Positions 17,748 to 27,779 of a DNA stretch of 32,880 nucleotides are shown here, piece by piece (position 1 is the first letter of the stretch; the number at the start of each line of letters is the position of its first letter). The translations under genes were made by a program, and so were the position numbers. A model generated the notes under the pieces. It was not told the DNA's origin. It worked only from the letters and a program-made list of their open reading frames with translations, and ran no database searches. Source of the DNA: a virus (lineage: Duplodnaviria; Heunggongvirae; Uroviricota; Caudoviricetes); the IMG/VR virus record IMGVR_UViG_2548876695_000022, positions 1 to 32,880 of that record, one strand, 5' to 3'.

Positions 17748-18404
17748 ATGCGGGAAACGCTGGCAAAAGCTGACCTTCCCCCGCGTAAGCGCCAGCGCCT
17801 TTTATGGCGTATTGCAAAGCTGGGCATTGTCGCAGCGGCAAAACGTCACCAGCGCCAGCAGGCGGCCCCGGACGGTACGCCGTGGGAGCCGCGCAAGCGT
17901 GGCAAAGGGAAGATGTTAAAAGGGCTGCCCAAGCTGTTGGCCGTGCGCGAAATGCCGGAGATTCAGGGGGTAAGAATTTACCTCAAGGGCGGGAACTACC
18001 GGAACGGGACGAAGCCCATCGCGGCGGGTCTGGTCGGCGCGGTCCAGCAGGACGGCGCACGGATCCAGATGAAAGCCAGTAACGCCCCGCGTAAGCCGCA
18101 GGCTGACAAGCCAGCGCTACCGCGACAGGCCAAGCGTCTGCGGGCGCTGGGTTACAAAACCCGCAAGGGCAAACGCTGGGTTAAGCCGTCCAGCAAGCAA
18201 ATCATGGAAACCATGAGCATGGCCCAGGCGGGATTACTGATTCGAAAACTGAAAGGCACACCCTCAAAACGCACATGGACCATTGATATTCCTGGGCGCG
18301 TTTTTCTGGGGGTGAGCAACGACGAATTTAACCAAATTATTGCGCGGCAAATGCAGGCAATCGGCTTCGGCTGGGACGTCAACGCGCAGCAAATCAGGGG
18401 GTAA
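17748..18404 (+). CDS. virion morphogenesis / tail completion protein (P2 gpS / Mu G-like)
   Basis: Pattern RKRQRLLWRIAK...QQAAPDGTPWEPRKRGKG...IPGRVFLGVSNDEF resembles the gpS-type tail completion family; start uncertain (ORF track begins with GTG at 17598; ATG at 17748 chosen, no strong RBS). Confidence 0.45.
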   Translation: MRETLAKADLPPRKRQRLLWRIAKLGIVAAAKRHQRQQAAPDGTPWEPRKRGKGKMLKGLPKLLAVREMPEIQGVRIYLKGGNYRNGTKPIAAGLVGAVQQDGARIQMKASNAPRKPQADKPALPRQAKRLRALGYKTRKGKRWVKPSSKQIMETMSMAQAGLLIRKLKGTPSKRTWTIDIPGRVFLGVSNDEFNQIIARQMQAIGFGWDVNAQQIRG

Positions 18405-18406
18405 AA

Positions 18407-19549
18407 ATGACCTGGCCGAATGTCAACGTCAGTCAGAAAAACCGCTTCAACGGCACAACGAACGACGTCGAGCGCGTCATCCTCTTTGTGGGTTACGGCG
18501 ACACTAACATCGGGAAAACCCAGTCGCTGAATACCGGCAGCGATCTGGATAAAGCCCTGGGCGACAAAGACAGCCCGTTAAAAAATATGGTGGCCGCAGC
18601 GGCCAATAACGCCGGTCAGAACTGGTTTGCTTACGTGCATGTGCTGGCAGAACCAGACAAGGAAGCCGAGGGCTATAAACCAGATGAAGACTGGATGAAC
18701 GCGGTCAAGATGGCCCAGAGCGTGGCATCCGTGGAAGGGGTTTTCCTGGTATTTGATACCGACGAAGTGGCAACCATCAACCGTGCAACGGAAATGCGTA
18801 TCACCTTGCAGGCTAATTATGGGCGATTTATCTGGTTTGGCCTTGCGATAGGCGGGCCGAAACAGGGCGAAGCATGGGCCGATTATGTGACGCGCCTGGC
18901 ACAACTCCAGGACGGTATTGCGTCACCGGGTGTGCAACTGGTCCCGCGTCTGTGGGGCAATGAACCCGGCGTCCTGGCCGGTCGCTTGTGTAACCGTTCG
19001 GTGACGGTGGCAGACAGCCCCGCCCGCGTTGCAACCGGCGCAGTCACCGCGCTGGGGCGTGACAAACTGCCGGTTGACGGGACGGGAGCCGAAATTGATC
19101 TGTCCGTGTTGCAGTCCCTGCAGGTGAACCGCTACAGCGTGCCGATGTGGTATCACGACTATGACGGCATCTACTGGGCTGACGGTCGCACCCTGGACGT
19201 TGAAGGCGGCGATTATCAGGTCATTGAAAACGTGCGCGTGGTTGATAAAGCATCCCGACGCGTCCGTCTGCGTGCTATCCCCAAAATTGCCGATCGTTCA
19301 CTGAACAGCACACCGGGCAGCATTGCCGCGCATGAAACCTATTTCGGCAAGCCGCTGCGTGAAATGGCGATTTCAACCCAGATCAATGGCGTCGAATTTC
19401 CGGGCGAAGTGAAGCCACCAAAGGACGGTGACATCACCATCACCTGGACCAGTAGCGAAGCGGTACAGATTTACCTTGTGGTTCGACCGTATGAGAGCGC
19501 GAAAGAAATCAGCGTCAGCATCGAACTGGACACCTCACTGGAGAGCTAA
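18407..19549 (+). CDS. putative tail sheath protein
   Basis: 380-aa ORF directly upstream of a tube-sized ORF in a tail module; assignment by size and position only. Confidence 0.45.
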   Translation: MTWPNVNVSQKNRFNGTTNDVERVILFVGYGDTNIGKTQSLNTGSDLDKALGDKDSPLKNMVAAAANNAGQNWFAYVHVLAEPDKEAEGYKPDEDWMNAVKMAQSVASVEGVFLVFDTDEVATINRATEMRITLQANYGRFIWFGLAIGGPKQGEAWADYVTRLAQLQDGIASPGVQLVPRLWGNEPGVLAGRLCNRSVTVADSPARVATGAVTALGRDKLPVDGTGAEIDLSVLQSLQVNRYSVPMWYHDYDGIYWADGRTLDVEGGDYQVIENVRVVDKASRRVRLRAIPKIADRSLNSTPGSIAAHETYFGKPLREMAISTQINGVEFPGEVKPPKDGDITITWTSSEAVQIYLVVRPYESAKEISVSIELDTSLES

Positions 19550-19552
19550 TCA

Positions 19553-20008
19553 ATGACTGAACGTATTAGCGGCGGATCGTTCGATGTGAACTACGACAGC
19601 ATCATGATTCACGTCGAAAACGCCACCGTCACCATTACGGATAACAGCGCCGTTGCGCAGTCGCGTGGCATCCCGAACGGCCACACGAAAGGGTCAGTTT
19701 CGGCGGATGTGGAAGTCGAAGTCGATTCCCAGAGCTTTAAAAAGTTTACCGCCGTTGCCCGTGCCGCAGGTTCCTGGCGAGCCATTCCGGCAAAGGACTT
19801 TTTGTTCTATGCCAATGCGGGGGATGACGAAGAAAAAATCGAGGTGTTTGGCTGTGTTCCGACGCTGTCCGACATCGTCAACATCAACCCCAACGAGGCC
19901 AGCAAAACCACGAAAAAAATTAAATTCATGGTGACAAGCCCGGACTTTGTCGCGATTGACGGCGTGCCGTACCTGTCAGCCCGTGACACTCGAGATCTGA
20001 AAGGCTGA
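19553..20008 (+). CDS. putative tail tube protein
   Basis: 151-aa ORF following the sheath-sized gene; assignment by size and position only. Confidence 0.45.
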   Translation: MTERISGGSFDVNYDSIMIHVENATVTITDNSAVAQSRGIPNGHTKGSVSADVEVEVDSQSFKKFTAVARAAGSWRAIPAKDFLFYANAGDDEEKIEVFGCVPTLSDIVNINPNEASKTTKKIKFMVTSPDFVAIDGVPYLSARDTRDLKG

Positions 20009-20012
20009 CACG

Positions 20013-20324
20013 ATGATGAACGGAGAAACGTCACTGCTTGAAAAGCTGTTGCTTATCGGGGCCGTGATCGGCCTGGGGCAACTGATGGTCAGCAATGAGC
20101 GAATCACAACCCGTCTGCTGGTCGGGCGGATGATTCTGGGATCTGCAGTCGCACCGCTGGCCGCAATCCCGCTGCTGAAATTCCCCGATATGCCGGAACT
20201 GGTCGTCATTGGGCTGGCCTGCGCCCTGGGCATTCTGGGAAGTGCGTTTATTGAGGCGGGGCTAAAGCGCTGCCTGGACATGTATATCAAGCGATGGGGG
20301 AGCAAGCGCAATGAAACTGAGTGA
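20013..20324 (+). CDS. holin (three predicted transmembrane segments)
   Basis: 103 aa with hydrophobic stretches LLLIGAVIGLGQLMV, LLVGRMILGSAVAPLAAIPLL and LVVIGLACALGILGSAFI and a charged C-terminus; immediately upstream of the endolysin. Confidence 0.6.
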   Translation: MMNGETSLLEKLLLIGAVIGLGQLMVSNERITTRLLVGRMILGSAVAPLAAIPLLKFPDMPELVVIGLACALGILGSAFIEAGLKRCLDMYIKRWGSKRNETE

Positions 20325-20649
20325 AAAACAGCAACTTTTTACGGTGATGATCGCCAGCCTGATTCATTTTGCCCAGGAAAAAGGCTATCGCCTGACGTTT
20401 GGCGAAGCGTACCGCACGCCGGAACAGGCCGCGCTTAACGCAAAAAAAGGGAGCGGCATTACTAACAGCCTGCATACCCAGCGCCTTGCGGTGGATTTTA
20501 ACCTGTTTATTAACGGCGAATACCAGACCGACAGCGCCGCATATCGCCCCCTGGGCGAATACTGGGAATCTATCGGCGGATCGTGGGGTGGACGTTTCAG
20601 TAAGCCGGACGGGAACCATTTCAGTCTTGAGCATAACGGGGTTCGCTGA
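20311..20649 (+). CDS. endolysin, peptidase M15-type zinc peptidase
   Basis: 112 aa with H...D...H zinc-site spacing (HTQRLAVDF ... DGNHFSLEH) characteristic of M15 cell-wall peptidases; overlaps the holin 3' end. Confidence 0.7.
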   Translation: MKLSEKQQLFTVMIASLIHFAQEKGYRLTFGEAYRTPEQAALNAKKGSGITNSLHTQRLAVDFNLFINGEYQTDSAAYRPLGEYWESIGGSWGGRFSKPDGNHFSLEHNGVR

Positions 20650-21032
20650 TGCGCAATTTGCTGGGTCTTTTGCTGATTCTGGCAGCTGCAATGTCAGCGG
20701 GCTGGCAGGCGCATGACTGGCACGACGCAAAGCTGAAACTCGCTGCCAGTGAAGCGGCAGAACAAACGCGCCAGATTGTTGTTGAGGTGACACAGCAGTC
20801 TGGTGAAGCGCTGGAAGCAAAACTCGCGGAGCTGAGGGCCAATGAAATTCATACGGAACGGGTTATCCGCACGGAAACCATTAAATCGGTTTTTAGCAAT
20901 GTTTGTGCTTCTGATGATTACGTCCGGTTGTTCAACGAAAGTGCAGATCAAGCCGAACGAAAATTATCAGGAAAACCAGCTGGCACTTTGCCCGGTCACG
21001 TTGCCACGTCTGGCCGGACCGACCGGAAGTGA
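20649..21032 (+). CDS. i-spanin (Rz-like)
   Basis: N-terminal transmembrane segment MRNLLGLLLILAAAMSAGW followed by a charged coiled-coil-like region; ATG overlaps the endolysin stop (TGATG). Confidence 0.6.
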   Translation: MRNLLGLLLILAAAMSAGWQAHDWHDAKLKLAASEAAEQTRQIVVEVTQQSGEALEAKLAELRANEIHTERVIRTETIKSVFSNVCASDDYVRLFNESADQAERKLSGKPAGTLPGHVATSGRTDRK

Positions 21033-21138
21033 CTTTGACGCGGCGCTGAAAGCCTACCGGCTGATGTATACCGACTGCGCCGCCCGACATAACGCCCTGG
21101 TGGGCATCATTCGACAACGTAAGGAATTAGCACAATGA
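20842..21138 (+). CDS. o-spanin (Rz1-like lipoprotein), overlapping i-spanin in the +1 frame
   Basis: Signal peptide plus lipobox-like LLMITSG-C; starts inside the i-spanin gene and extends beyond it; alternative start at 20899. Confidence 0.55.
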   Translation: MKFIRNGLSARKPLNRFLAMFVLLMITSGCSTKVQIKPNENYQENQLALCPVTLPRLAGPTGSDFDAALKAYRLMYTDCAARHNALVGIIRQRKELAQ

Positions 21139-21404
21139 GCAAATCGAAAAAAATCGCCATGACCGTGGCGGGCGTAAATCTGAGCTTTGAGCCGAATAAA
21201 ACCGCGTTCAACAACCTGCTTAACGAAATGACCATGACCAATAAAGTTGCCCCAATGGTGACGTATCTGGGCCGCATTGTTGATGCCGAGTGTAAAGAGG
21301 CGCTCAACAAGCTGATGGAAGATTATCCGGGCTGCGAAATGCAGATCGTCGAGAAGGTTAACGAAATTTACTCCCCAAAACTTGAGATCGAAGTAAAAAA
21401 CTGA
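21135..21404 (+). CDS. tail assembly chaperone (P2 gpE / lambda G-like)
   Basis: 89-aa ORF just upstream of the tape measure; ends on a slippery A_AAA_AAC heptamer with a -1 frame open to the tape-measure start. Confidence 0.6.
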   Translation: MSKSKKIAMTVAGVNLSFEPNKTAFNNLLNEMTMTNKVAPMVTYLGRIVDAECKEALNKLMEDYPGCEMQIVEKVNEIYSPKLEIEVKN

Positions 21405-21592
21405 CGGCGCGGGTAGCGGCCATTCGCACGAATGCCCTGGAGCAATACCTTGCCTTGCGCCGCTATTACCTCCCGCACGAAGACGACGACGAAGAAAGCA
21501 TCGCCCGCGCCCTGTGGCTGGATGAATATTTCGCCCAGACCCGCGCCAGTAAGACGGCGGAAGGGATAGCAATCGCATTTAACGGAAACTGA
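21395..21592 (+). other. programmed -1 ribosomal frameshift site and extension of the tail chaperone
   Basis: Heptamer A AAA AAC at 21395-21401, seven nt before the zero-frame stop; the -1 frame reads KKLTARVAAIRTNALEQYLALRRYYLPHEDDDEESIARALWLDEYFAQTRASKTAEGIAIAFNGN to a TGA at 21590-21592, 1 nt before the tape-measure ATG (21594). Confidence 0.5.
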
Positions 21593-21593
21593 T

Positions 21594-23708
21594 ATGAGCC
21601 ACCTGGATTTTACCCTGAGCCTGATCGATAAGCTGACGCGGCCATTAAAGACGGCCCAGTCTTCGCTGTCTGGCTTTGCTGAAAAATCGCAGGAGTCTTT
21701 TACAAAAATCGGGATTGGTGCGGCGGCTGTCTGGGGCGTGGCGCAGTCCATCGCGGGCGTGGTGGGTCCGGCGTATGAGATGAACGCCGCGCTTGCAGAA
21801 GTGGGTTCCAAAGGCGTAGCAGAGGACGCGCTGAAGCGTATGTCCGGCGAAGCCATGCGATTCAGTATGCGCTACGGCAAAGGGGCCGTTGATGTGGTCC
21901 GGTCAAGCTACGCGATGAAAGGCGCAATGGCGGGCCTGTCCGATCTGGACCTGCCCCGCGTTACCATCGCGGCCAATACCCTGGCCGCAGGCGTCAAGGC
22001 CAGCGGCGAAGAGGCAGGCGAATACATCGGCGCGATGGCGTCACGTTTCAACGCGGAATTGTCCAGTCTGGGGCATGTGCGTTTTGCCGAAGAGCTGGCA
22101 GGAAAAACGGCGTACATGGTGCAAAACTTCGGCGTGAAAATGCAGACCATGCAGGAGCTTATCGAGGGGACGAAAAGCGCCGGTGCTGACTTTGGCGTCA
22201 GCCTGGATGAACAGTTCGCCGTACTGGGTACGCTTTCGCGCACGCTGGGTACTGAGGCCAGCGGGATCTACGAGCAGTTTTTACGCAGCGCCCCGGCTGC
22301 CGCTGAAAAGCTGGGTATGAGCTTTGTCGATGCCACCGGAAAAATGCTGCCGATGGGCGACATTCTGCAAAAACTCCAGAACAAATACGGGCAGAGCATT
22401 GAAGGGAACGTCAAGGCACAACAGGCGCTGGATGCCGCGTTCGGTGGTGGTGCTGACGTTATCAAAAAGCTGTACGGCCAGCAGGATAAATTAAACCGCA
22501 GCATCACCGAGCTGGGCCGAAATGACGGGATGAAACGCGCCCAGGAAATGGCCGAACGAATGGCTGAGCCGTGGGAACGTATCAAAGCGACATTCTTTGC
22601 CATTCGCGTGGCGATTGGTAACACGCTGTTCCCTATCCTGTCGCCGCTGATGAACCGTATTGCCGACGTGGGGACAAAATTTGCCCGCTGGCTGGATATG
22701 TTCCCGAATATTGCCCGCTGGCTGGGTTACATCACCCTGGGCGTGCTGTCCTTCGGGTTGGCTGGGGCGGCGGTCAATATCGTGATGGGGGTCTTTGGCT
22801 TCACCATGACAGGGCTGGCCGCAATTGCAAAAGTGCTGGGCGGGGCATGGAAACTCCTGTTATGGACGCTCAACCTGTTGCGTCCGTCCCTGCTGACGAC
22901 GCGCATCGGTCTGGCTGCATTGTGGATCCAGTCAAAATTACTGGCGCTGTGGACGGGCGTCTGCCGCATCGCGCTTGCTGCATGGAATATCGCGTTAAAG
23001 GCCGGAGCCATTGCCATGCGGGTTTACGGTGCGGCGACCATGTTTGCCGGGGCGGCAATGCAACTCCTGATGAGTCCGATCACTCTGATCGTTGCCGGGC
23101 TGGCACTTCTGGCCGTGGGGGTCTGGTATGTCATCACCCACTGGGAAGAACTGGCGGCAGCAATCATGGATACGTCGGCTTTTGCCTGGGTGATGTCGGT
23201 CGCTGAACAGGTAGGCCAGGTGTTTGCGCAGGTCTGGCAGTCCATCACAGACGGCTGGGCCGTGGTGGTTGATTTCTTTGCCGGTCTTTCCCCGCTTGCC
23301 ACCTTTGAAGGGTTCGCACAAACCATCGGCGGGGTATTCAGCAAACTTTTTGACGTCCTCAAAAATACCTTTGCGTCTACCTATAACTGGATTGTCGAGA
23401 AGTTAAACAAGATCCCCGGCGTAAACATCGACCTGAAAACCGTTTCGCCACCGGCAGCGGCTGCCGTTCCGGCAAATGCGGTCATTCCTGACAGTGCTGC
23501 AGGTTCATCGAAGCTAAACAGCCCGTCCGTGCTGACGGGGAACCGAATTAATGCAGGCATCCCACGCGGCGGCCTGATGAGTCAGGTTAAAAACGACAGC
23601 AAAACCGCTGTTGATAACCGTAAAACGTGGGGCGATACCTACATCAACGCCCCCAATGGAATCACCCCGGCCCAGCTGGCTGAATGGCAGGAGCTTAACG
23701 CAGGATGA
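21594..23708 (+). CDS. tail tape measure protein
   Basis: 704 aa with a helical N-terminal region, central hydrophobic segments and position after the frameshifting chaperone. Confidence 0.8.
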   Translation: MSHLDFTLSLIDKLTRPLKTAQSSLSGFAEKSQESFTKIGIGAAAVWGVAQSIAGVVGPAYEMNAALAEVGSKGVAEDALKRMSGEAMRFSMRYGKGAVDVVRSSYAMKGAMAGLSDLDLPRVTIAANTLAAGVKASGEEAGEYIGAMASRFNAELSSLGHVRFAEELAGKTAYMVQNFGVKMQTMQELIEGTKSAGADFGVSLDEQFAVLGTLSRTLGTEASGIYEQFLRSAPAAAEKLGMSFVDATGKMLPMGDILQKLQNKYGQSIEGNVKAQQALDAAFGGGADVIKKLYGQQDKLNRSITELGRNDGMKRAQEMAERMAEPWERIKATFFAIRVAIGNTLFPILSPLMNRIADVGTKFARWLDMFPNIARWLGYITLGVLSFGLAGAAVNIVMGVFGFTMTGLAAIAKVLGGAWKLLLWTLNLLRPSLLTTRIGLAALWIQSKLLALWTGVCRIALAAWNIALKAGAIAMRVYGAATMFAGAAMQLLMSPITLIVAGLALLAVGVWYVITHWEELAAAIMDTSAFAWVMSVAEQVGQVFAQVWQSITDGWAVVVDFFAGLSPLATFEGFAQTIGGVFSKLFDVLKNTFASTYNWIVEKLNKIPGVNIDLKTVSPPAAAAVPANAVIPDSAAGSSKLNSPSVLTGNRINAGIPRGGLMSQVKNDSKTAVDNRKTWGDTYINAPNGITPAQLAEWQELNAG

Positions 23709-24040
23709 GTACCGAACCGTTATACATCGACCTTTTGATCACTGACGGCGATTTCACGCTGGACAGCGGCAACGAGCCGCGCCGTTGCGATAACCGCGAC
23801 AGCATCACCCAGGACATTATTCACAGCATTCTGGAAAGCGGTATCACCACCCGCCTGATCGGTGAACGCAGCCCGACAATGCGCGGTGACGTGCTGACGC
23901 AACTGTCCTTACTGGTGGAAAGCGACGAACGTCTGGTCCCAGGAACCATAGTGATCACCGAAGAAACCCTTTCGAGGTTGTATATCACGGCGGAAACCTA
24001 CGATTTCGGCCCTGTCAGTACAGAGGTTAACTATGACTGA
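23705..24040 (+). CDS. baseplate wedge protein (P2 gpW / T4 gp25-like)
   Basis: 111 aa, start overlaps the tape-measure stop; size and position before the J-like gene. Confidence 0.55.
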   Translation: MSTEPLYIDLLITDGDFTLDSGNEPRRCDNRDSITQDIIHSILESGITTRLIGERSPTMRGDVLTQLSLLVESDERLVPGTIVITEETLSRLYITAETYDFGPVSTEVNYD

Positions 24041-25217
24041 GAAACCCGACGTTGATTTCGAAAAGGTACTGAATGACAGCGGGATGCCCGCGACAGAGGC
24101 CGAAATTACGGCGGCATTTAAAGCCACCGTGCAGGCGGAAGGGTTCGTCACAAACACGTCGAGAATGTCACCTTTCTGGCGGCTGATTTCGAAGATTGTC
24201 ACCACGCCGGTGTTATGGCTGCGTGCGGCGCTGATCGATGTGGTTCTGCGCAATATGTTTGTTGCGACTGCCACCGGTCCCATGCTGCGCCTGCTGGCCT
24301 GGGCGGTTCATATCGAGCCTAAACCGGCCAGTGCTGCCGCTGGCGTGCTGCGATTCTTCAAGCTGAATGCGGCGGATGTGGTCGTCGTGCCTGCCGGAAC
24401 ACTGGTGCAAACAGAGCGCATTAACGGCGTGGTTTACGTGCTGGCCGTGAATGAAGACGTGACACTGCCTGCCGGGGTTGAAAGCGGGCTGGTTCCCGTC
24501 ACGGCGACCGGCACCGGCAGCGGCTATAACCTTGCGCCAGGCTATTACCGGATCTTACCTGTTGCAGTAGCTGGAATCGCCAGCGCGGTCAATGAGGACG
24601 AATGGCTGATTACGCCAGGGGCTAACGAGGAAAGCGACGACGAGCTGCGCGACCGCACCCGCAACCAGTTTAATCTGGTGGGGAATTACCACTCTGACGC
24701 TATCTACCGCAGCATGATTGCCAGCGTGCTGGGCCTGAGCATTGATCGCATCTACTTTTTGCACGATGCCCCGCGTGGGCCGGGTACGGCAAATGCTTAT
24801 CTGTTACTGGACAGCGGCGAAATATCACAGCCCTTTATTGATGCGGTTAACGATTATGTGAATACCCAGGGCCACCACGGACACGGTGATGATCTGCAGT
24901 GTTATGCCATGCCGGAAACCAGTCACACCCTGGCGGTTACTGTCTATGTCAAAAGCGTGGAAAACATGGAAGCGGAAGACCTGAGCGCGTTAAAAACCGG
25001 TATTACCGACCTGATTCGTTGCGCGTTTCGCGAGAACGCCAATTACGACGTTAAAAAGACGCAGCCCTATTCGCGCTATTCCTTTTCGAATCTGGGCCGC
25101 GAGATCCACAAGGCTTTTCCGGTTGTCGATTCACTGCATTTTTCACTAACGGATATTGTCAGCGAACTGTCGGTCCCGCGCCTGTCAGGGTTAACGGTGG
25201 AGATTGAAAATGACTGA
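24033..25217 (+). CDS. baseplate J-like protein
   Basis: 394 aa between the W-like and I-like genes, as in the P2 V-W-J-I-H-G operon. Confidence 0.6.
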   Translation: MTEKPDVDFEKVLNDSGMPATEAEITAAFKATVQAEGFVTNTSRMSPFWRLISKIVTTPVLWLRAALIDVVLRNMFVATATGPMLRLLAWAVHIEPKPASAAAGVLRFFKLNAADVVVVPAGTLVQTERINGVVYVLAVNEDVTLPAGVESGLVPVTATGTGSGYNLAPGYYRILPVAVAGIASAVNEDEWLITPGANEESDDELRDRTRNQFNLVGNYHSDAIYRSMIASVLGLSIDRIYFLHDAPRGPGTANAYLLLDSGEISQPFIDAVNDYVNTQGHHGHGDDLQCYAMPETSHTLAVTVYVKSVENMEAEDLSALKTGITDLIRCAFRENANYDVKKTQPYSRYSFSNLGREIHKAFPVVDSLHFSLTDIVSELSVPRLSGLTVEIEND

Positions 25218-25803
25218 GTTTTCGAAGTTGCTTTCCGGTCTGAAATTGCCGTCGTGGCTGAACAAAGGCGACCCCGCCAGGCTGTTGCGTGGCAGCGTGA
25301 AGTTCTGGTCGCAGGTGTACGGGTGGATCACCTGGCCGTTAAAGCAGTTTGACCCGCTGGTTTGCCCTGAGCCGCTGTTGAACCTGATTGCCTGGGAGCG
25401 CGACATCGATCGGTTTAAGGGGGAGCCGCTCGACATCTTCCGCAAGCGGGTGAGTTACGCATTTATCAATGCGCAGCAGGCCGGAGAGGTGGCGGGCTTT
25501 ATTGCCATTTTTGAGCGACTGGGGATTGGTTACGTTGAATTACTGGAACGGCAGGACGGACTCGACTGGGACGTGATTGTCGTTCGAGTGACAAGCAGCC
25601 AGGTTGCGGAAAATGGCGATCTCCTGCTGGAAATCATTCGCAAATATGGGCGCACATGCCGCCGTTACCAGTTTGAAGTAATCGACACCCTGCCACTGAA
25701 TATCAATATTGGCTGGTATCAGGGGGAATATATTTGCTGGCCTGCCACCCTGGGCGATGTGAATAACCAGTCAGAAGCAACATATAGCGCAAGTTTGAAG
25801 TAG
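25210..25803 (+). CDS. tail protein I-like (P2 gpI)
   Basis: Motif [16 protein letters not shown] resembles P2 gpI CPANLLPWLAWAFSVD; ATG at 25210 with GGTGGAG RBS (ORF track begins at TTG 25204). Confidence 0.6.
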   Translation: MTEFSKLLSGLKLPSWLNKGDPARLLRGSVKFWSQVYGWITWPLKQFDPLVCPEPLLNLIAWERDIDRFKGEPLDIFRKRVSYAFINAQQAGEVAGFIAIFERLGIGYVELLERQDGLDWDVIVVRVTSSQVAENGDLLLEIIRKYGRTCRRYQFEVIDTLPLNINIGWYQGEYICWPATLGDVNNQSEATYSASLK

Positions 25804-25814
25804 AGGGAATATTA

Positions 25815-27779
25815 ATGTCACAGGCCGTCATTACAAAAGCATTTGCAGAGTGGAAAGCCCAGCAGGCAATTAATAACCAGCCCGTCACGCTGGATGAGTT
25901 TATTTTTGCTTATATTCCGGGGCTGGATGCTGACAAGCCGATTAATAATACTGAAACAACGCCAGCGGAAGATAAAATAGTTTGTCGTCAGGCGGTGAAT
26001 AAAGCCGGTGTTGTGAATGAAAACTCTGTCGTTTATTCCGTTACCCTGGGGGCGGATGTGGGCGATTTTGATTTCAACTGGATCGGGCTGGCAAATAAGG
26101 CAACGGGTACACTGGCGATGATTATTCACGCCCCGACCCAACGAAAAATTAAAAACGCAGACGGTCAGCAGGGAAACGTTCTTGTTCGTTCCATGCTGAT
26201 GGAATACAGCGGAGCCAGGGAAGCGACCGAAATTAACACTCCGGCAGAGACATGGCAGATTGATTTTACTGCCCGACTGGTGGGAATGGATGAACGCCAG
26301 CGCCGGGAAAATATCGATCTGTATGGCGCAGCGGCATTTTTTGATTCGGGCTATCTGGTCGCAAAGTCCGGCAATCAGTTTTTTGTCACAAAGGGGGCGG
26401 GATATGTCGCCGGATTGCGTGCCGAATTGCCCGCAAACTTCAATATCACAGTATCCGCGAAACCGACAAAAATCTGGCTTGATGTGAGCTGGACCGGGAC
26501 GTTAACAAGCGAATGGGCTGTACAGAGCAAAATTACTGTTGCTGCAGATCTTGCCGATTATGTGCTGGGCGGTGTGCAGCATTATGTCTTTGCGGTGGCG
26601 AGTATTGATGCTGCCGGAAATATCACTGACCTGCGCCCGAAAGGCACGCTAAATGACCAGGCGGCCAGCGATGCGCTGAAAAAGCATGAACAATCCCGAA
26701 ATCACCCTGATGCATCAACCAGTGAAAAGGGTTTTGTGCGGTTAAGCAGTGAAACGAACAGTGATTCCGAAGCGATGGCCGTCACGCCAAAAGCATTAAA
26801 AGCGGTGAATGAGAATGCAAATGGCCGCGTTCCGGCATCACGAAAAGTGAACGGCCATGCCCTGAATGGAGATATCAATGTCACTTCACGGGATATTTTT
26901 GACGGCCAGGTTATAGCGATTGGTGCAAATAAGAATCTGGATGATTACCAGGTACCGGGGCTTTATTTTCAGGAAGCGAACAACAATACCAGTGCAGCAA
27001 TGAATTACCCGGAGAATAGCGCGGGTTCTCTGATGGTACTGAGAGGTGCCGGAGTCACTCAGGTTTATCGTGTGTACAACAGCTCGCGCAGTTATTCGCG
27101 CAGCAAGTATTCAACGCTGGCATGGACGCCGTGGATGCCAGAAGATTCTTACCCTGTCGGCGCACCTATCCCCTGGCCATCGGATGTTACCCCGACAGGG
27201 TACGCCTTAATGCAGGGGCAGCCCTTTGATAAAGCGGTCTATCCATTGCTAGCGATTGCCTATCCTGCGGGGATTATCCCGGACATGCGAGGCCAGACGA
27301 TTAAGGGTAAACCGAACGGTCGCGCGGTACTCTCGTATGAACAGGATGGTGTTATATCGCATACCCACGGAGCCAGTATTTCCGATACCGATTTGGGGAC
27401 GAAATACACCAGCTCTTTTGATTATGGTTCAAAACCAACAACCAGTTTTGACTACGGCAATAAATCCTCCACTGAGGGTGGGTGGCACGCACATAACTTT
27501 CGTTATTGCGCAACGTCTGCATACCGGGATACCCCCGGTCAGGGGCTGGGGATGCATTCGTCTAATGTTTCATGGGCGGCGGGAGATCGCATTGAGGGAA
27601 GCGGTAATCATGCTCATGTGACATGGATCGGCCCTCATGATCACTGGGTGGGTATTGGTGCGCATAACCATTATGTGGTTATGGGCTATCACGGACATAC
27701 AGCGACCGTTCATGCCGCAGGAAATGCGGAAAATACCGTTAAAAATATTGCGTTTAACTACATTGTGAGGCTTGCCTGA
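25815..27779 (+). CDS. tail fibre protein (P2 gpH-like)
   Basis: 654 aa; [52 protein letters not shown] matches the conserved P2 H motif (EHEQSRRHPDAS...KGFTQLSSATNSTSETLAATPKAVK); His-rich C-terminal region. Confidence 0.8.
   Translation: MSQAVITKAFAEWKAQQAINNQPVTLDEFIFAYIPGLDADKPINNTETTPAEDKIVCRQAVNKAGVVNENSVVYSVTLGADVGDFDFNWIGLANKATGTLAMIIHAPTQRKIKNADGQQGNVLVRSMLMEYSGAREATEINTPAETWQIDFTARLVGMDERQRRENIDLYGAAAFFDSGYLVAKSGNQFFVTKGAGYVAGLRAELPANFNITVSAKPTKIWLDVSWTGTLTSEWAVQSKITVAADLADYVLGGVQHYVFAVASIDAAGNITDLRPKGTLNDQAASDALKKHEQSRNHPDASTSEKGFVRLSSETNSDSEAMAVTPKALKAVNENANGRVPASRKVNGHALNGDINVTSRDIFDGQVIAIGANKNLDDYQVPGLYFQEANNNTSAAMNYPENSAGSLMVLRGAGVTQVYRVYNSSRSYSRSKYSTLAWTPWMPEDSYPVGAPIPWPSDVTPTGYALMQGQPFDKAVYPLLAIAYPAGIIPDMRGQTIKGKPNGRAVLSYEQDGVISHTHGASISDTDLGTKYTSSFDYGSKPTTSFDYGNKSSTEGGWHAHNFRYCATSAYRDTPGQGLGMHSSNVSWAAGDRIEGSGNHAHVTWIGPHDHWVGIGAHNHYVVMGYHGHTATVHAAGNAENTVKNIAFNYIVRLA

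Noticed and set aside
20287-21578. Several 170-180-aa - strand ORFs across the lysis cassette and chaperone
   Set aside because: All overlap co-directional + strand genes with overlapping start/stop codons and clear motifs; antisense frames have no RBS
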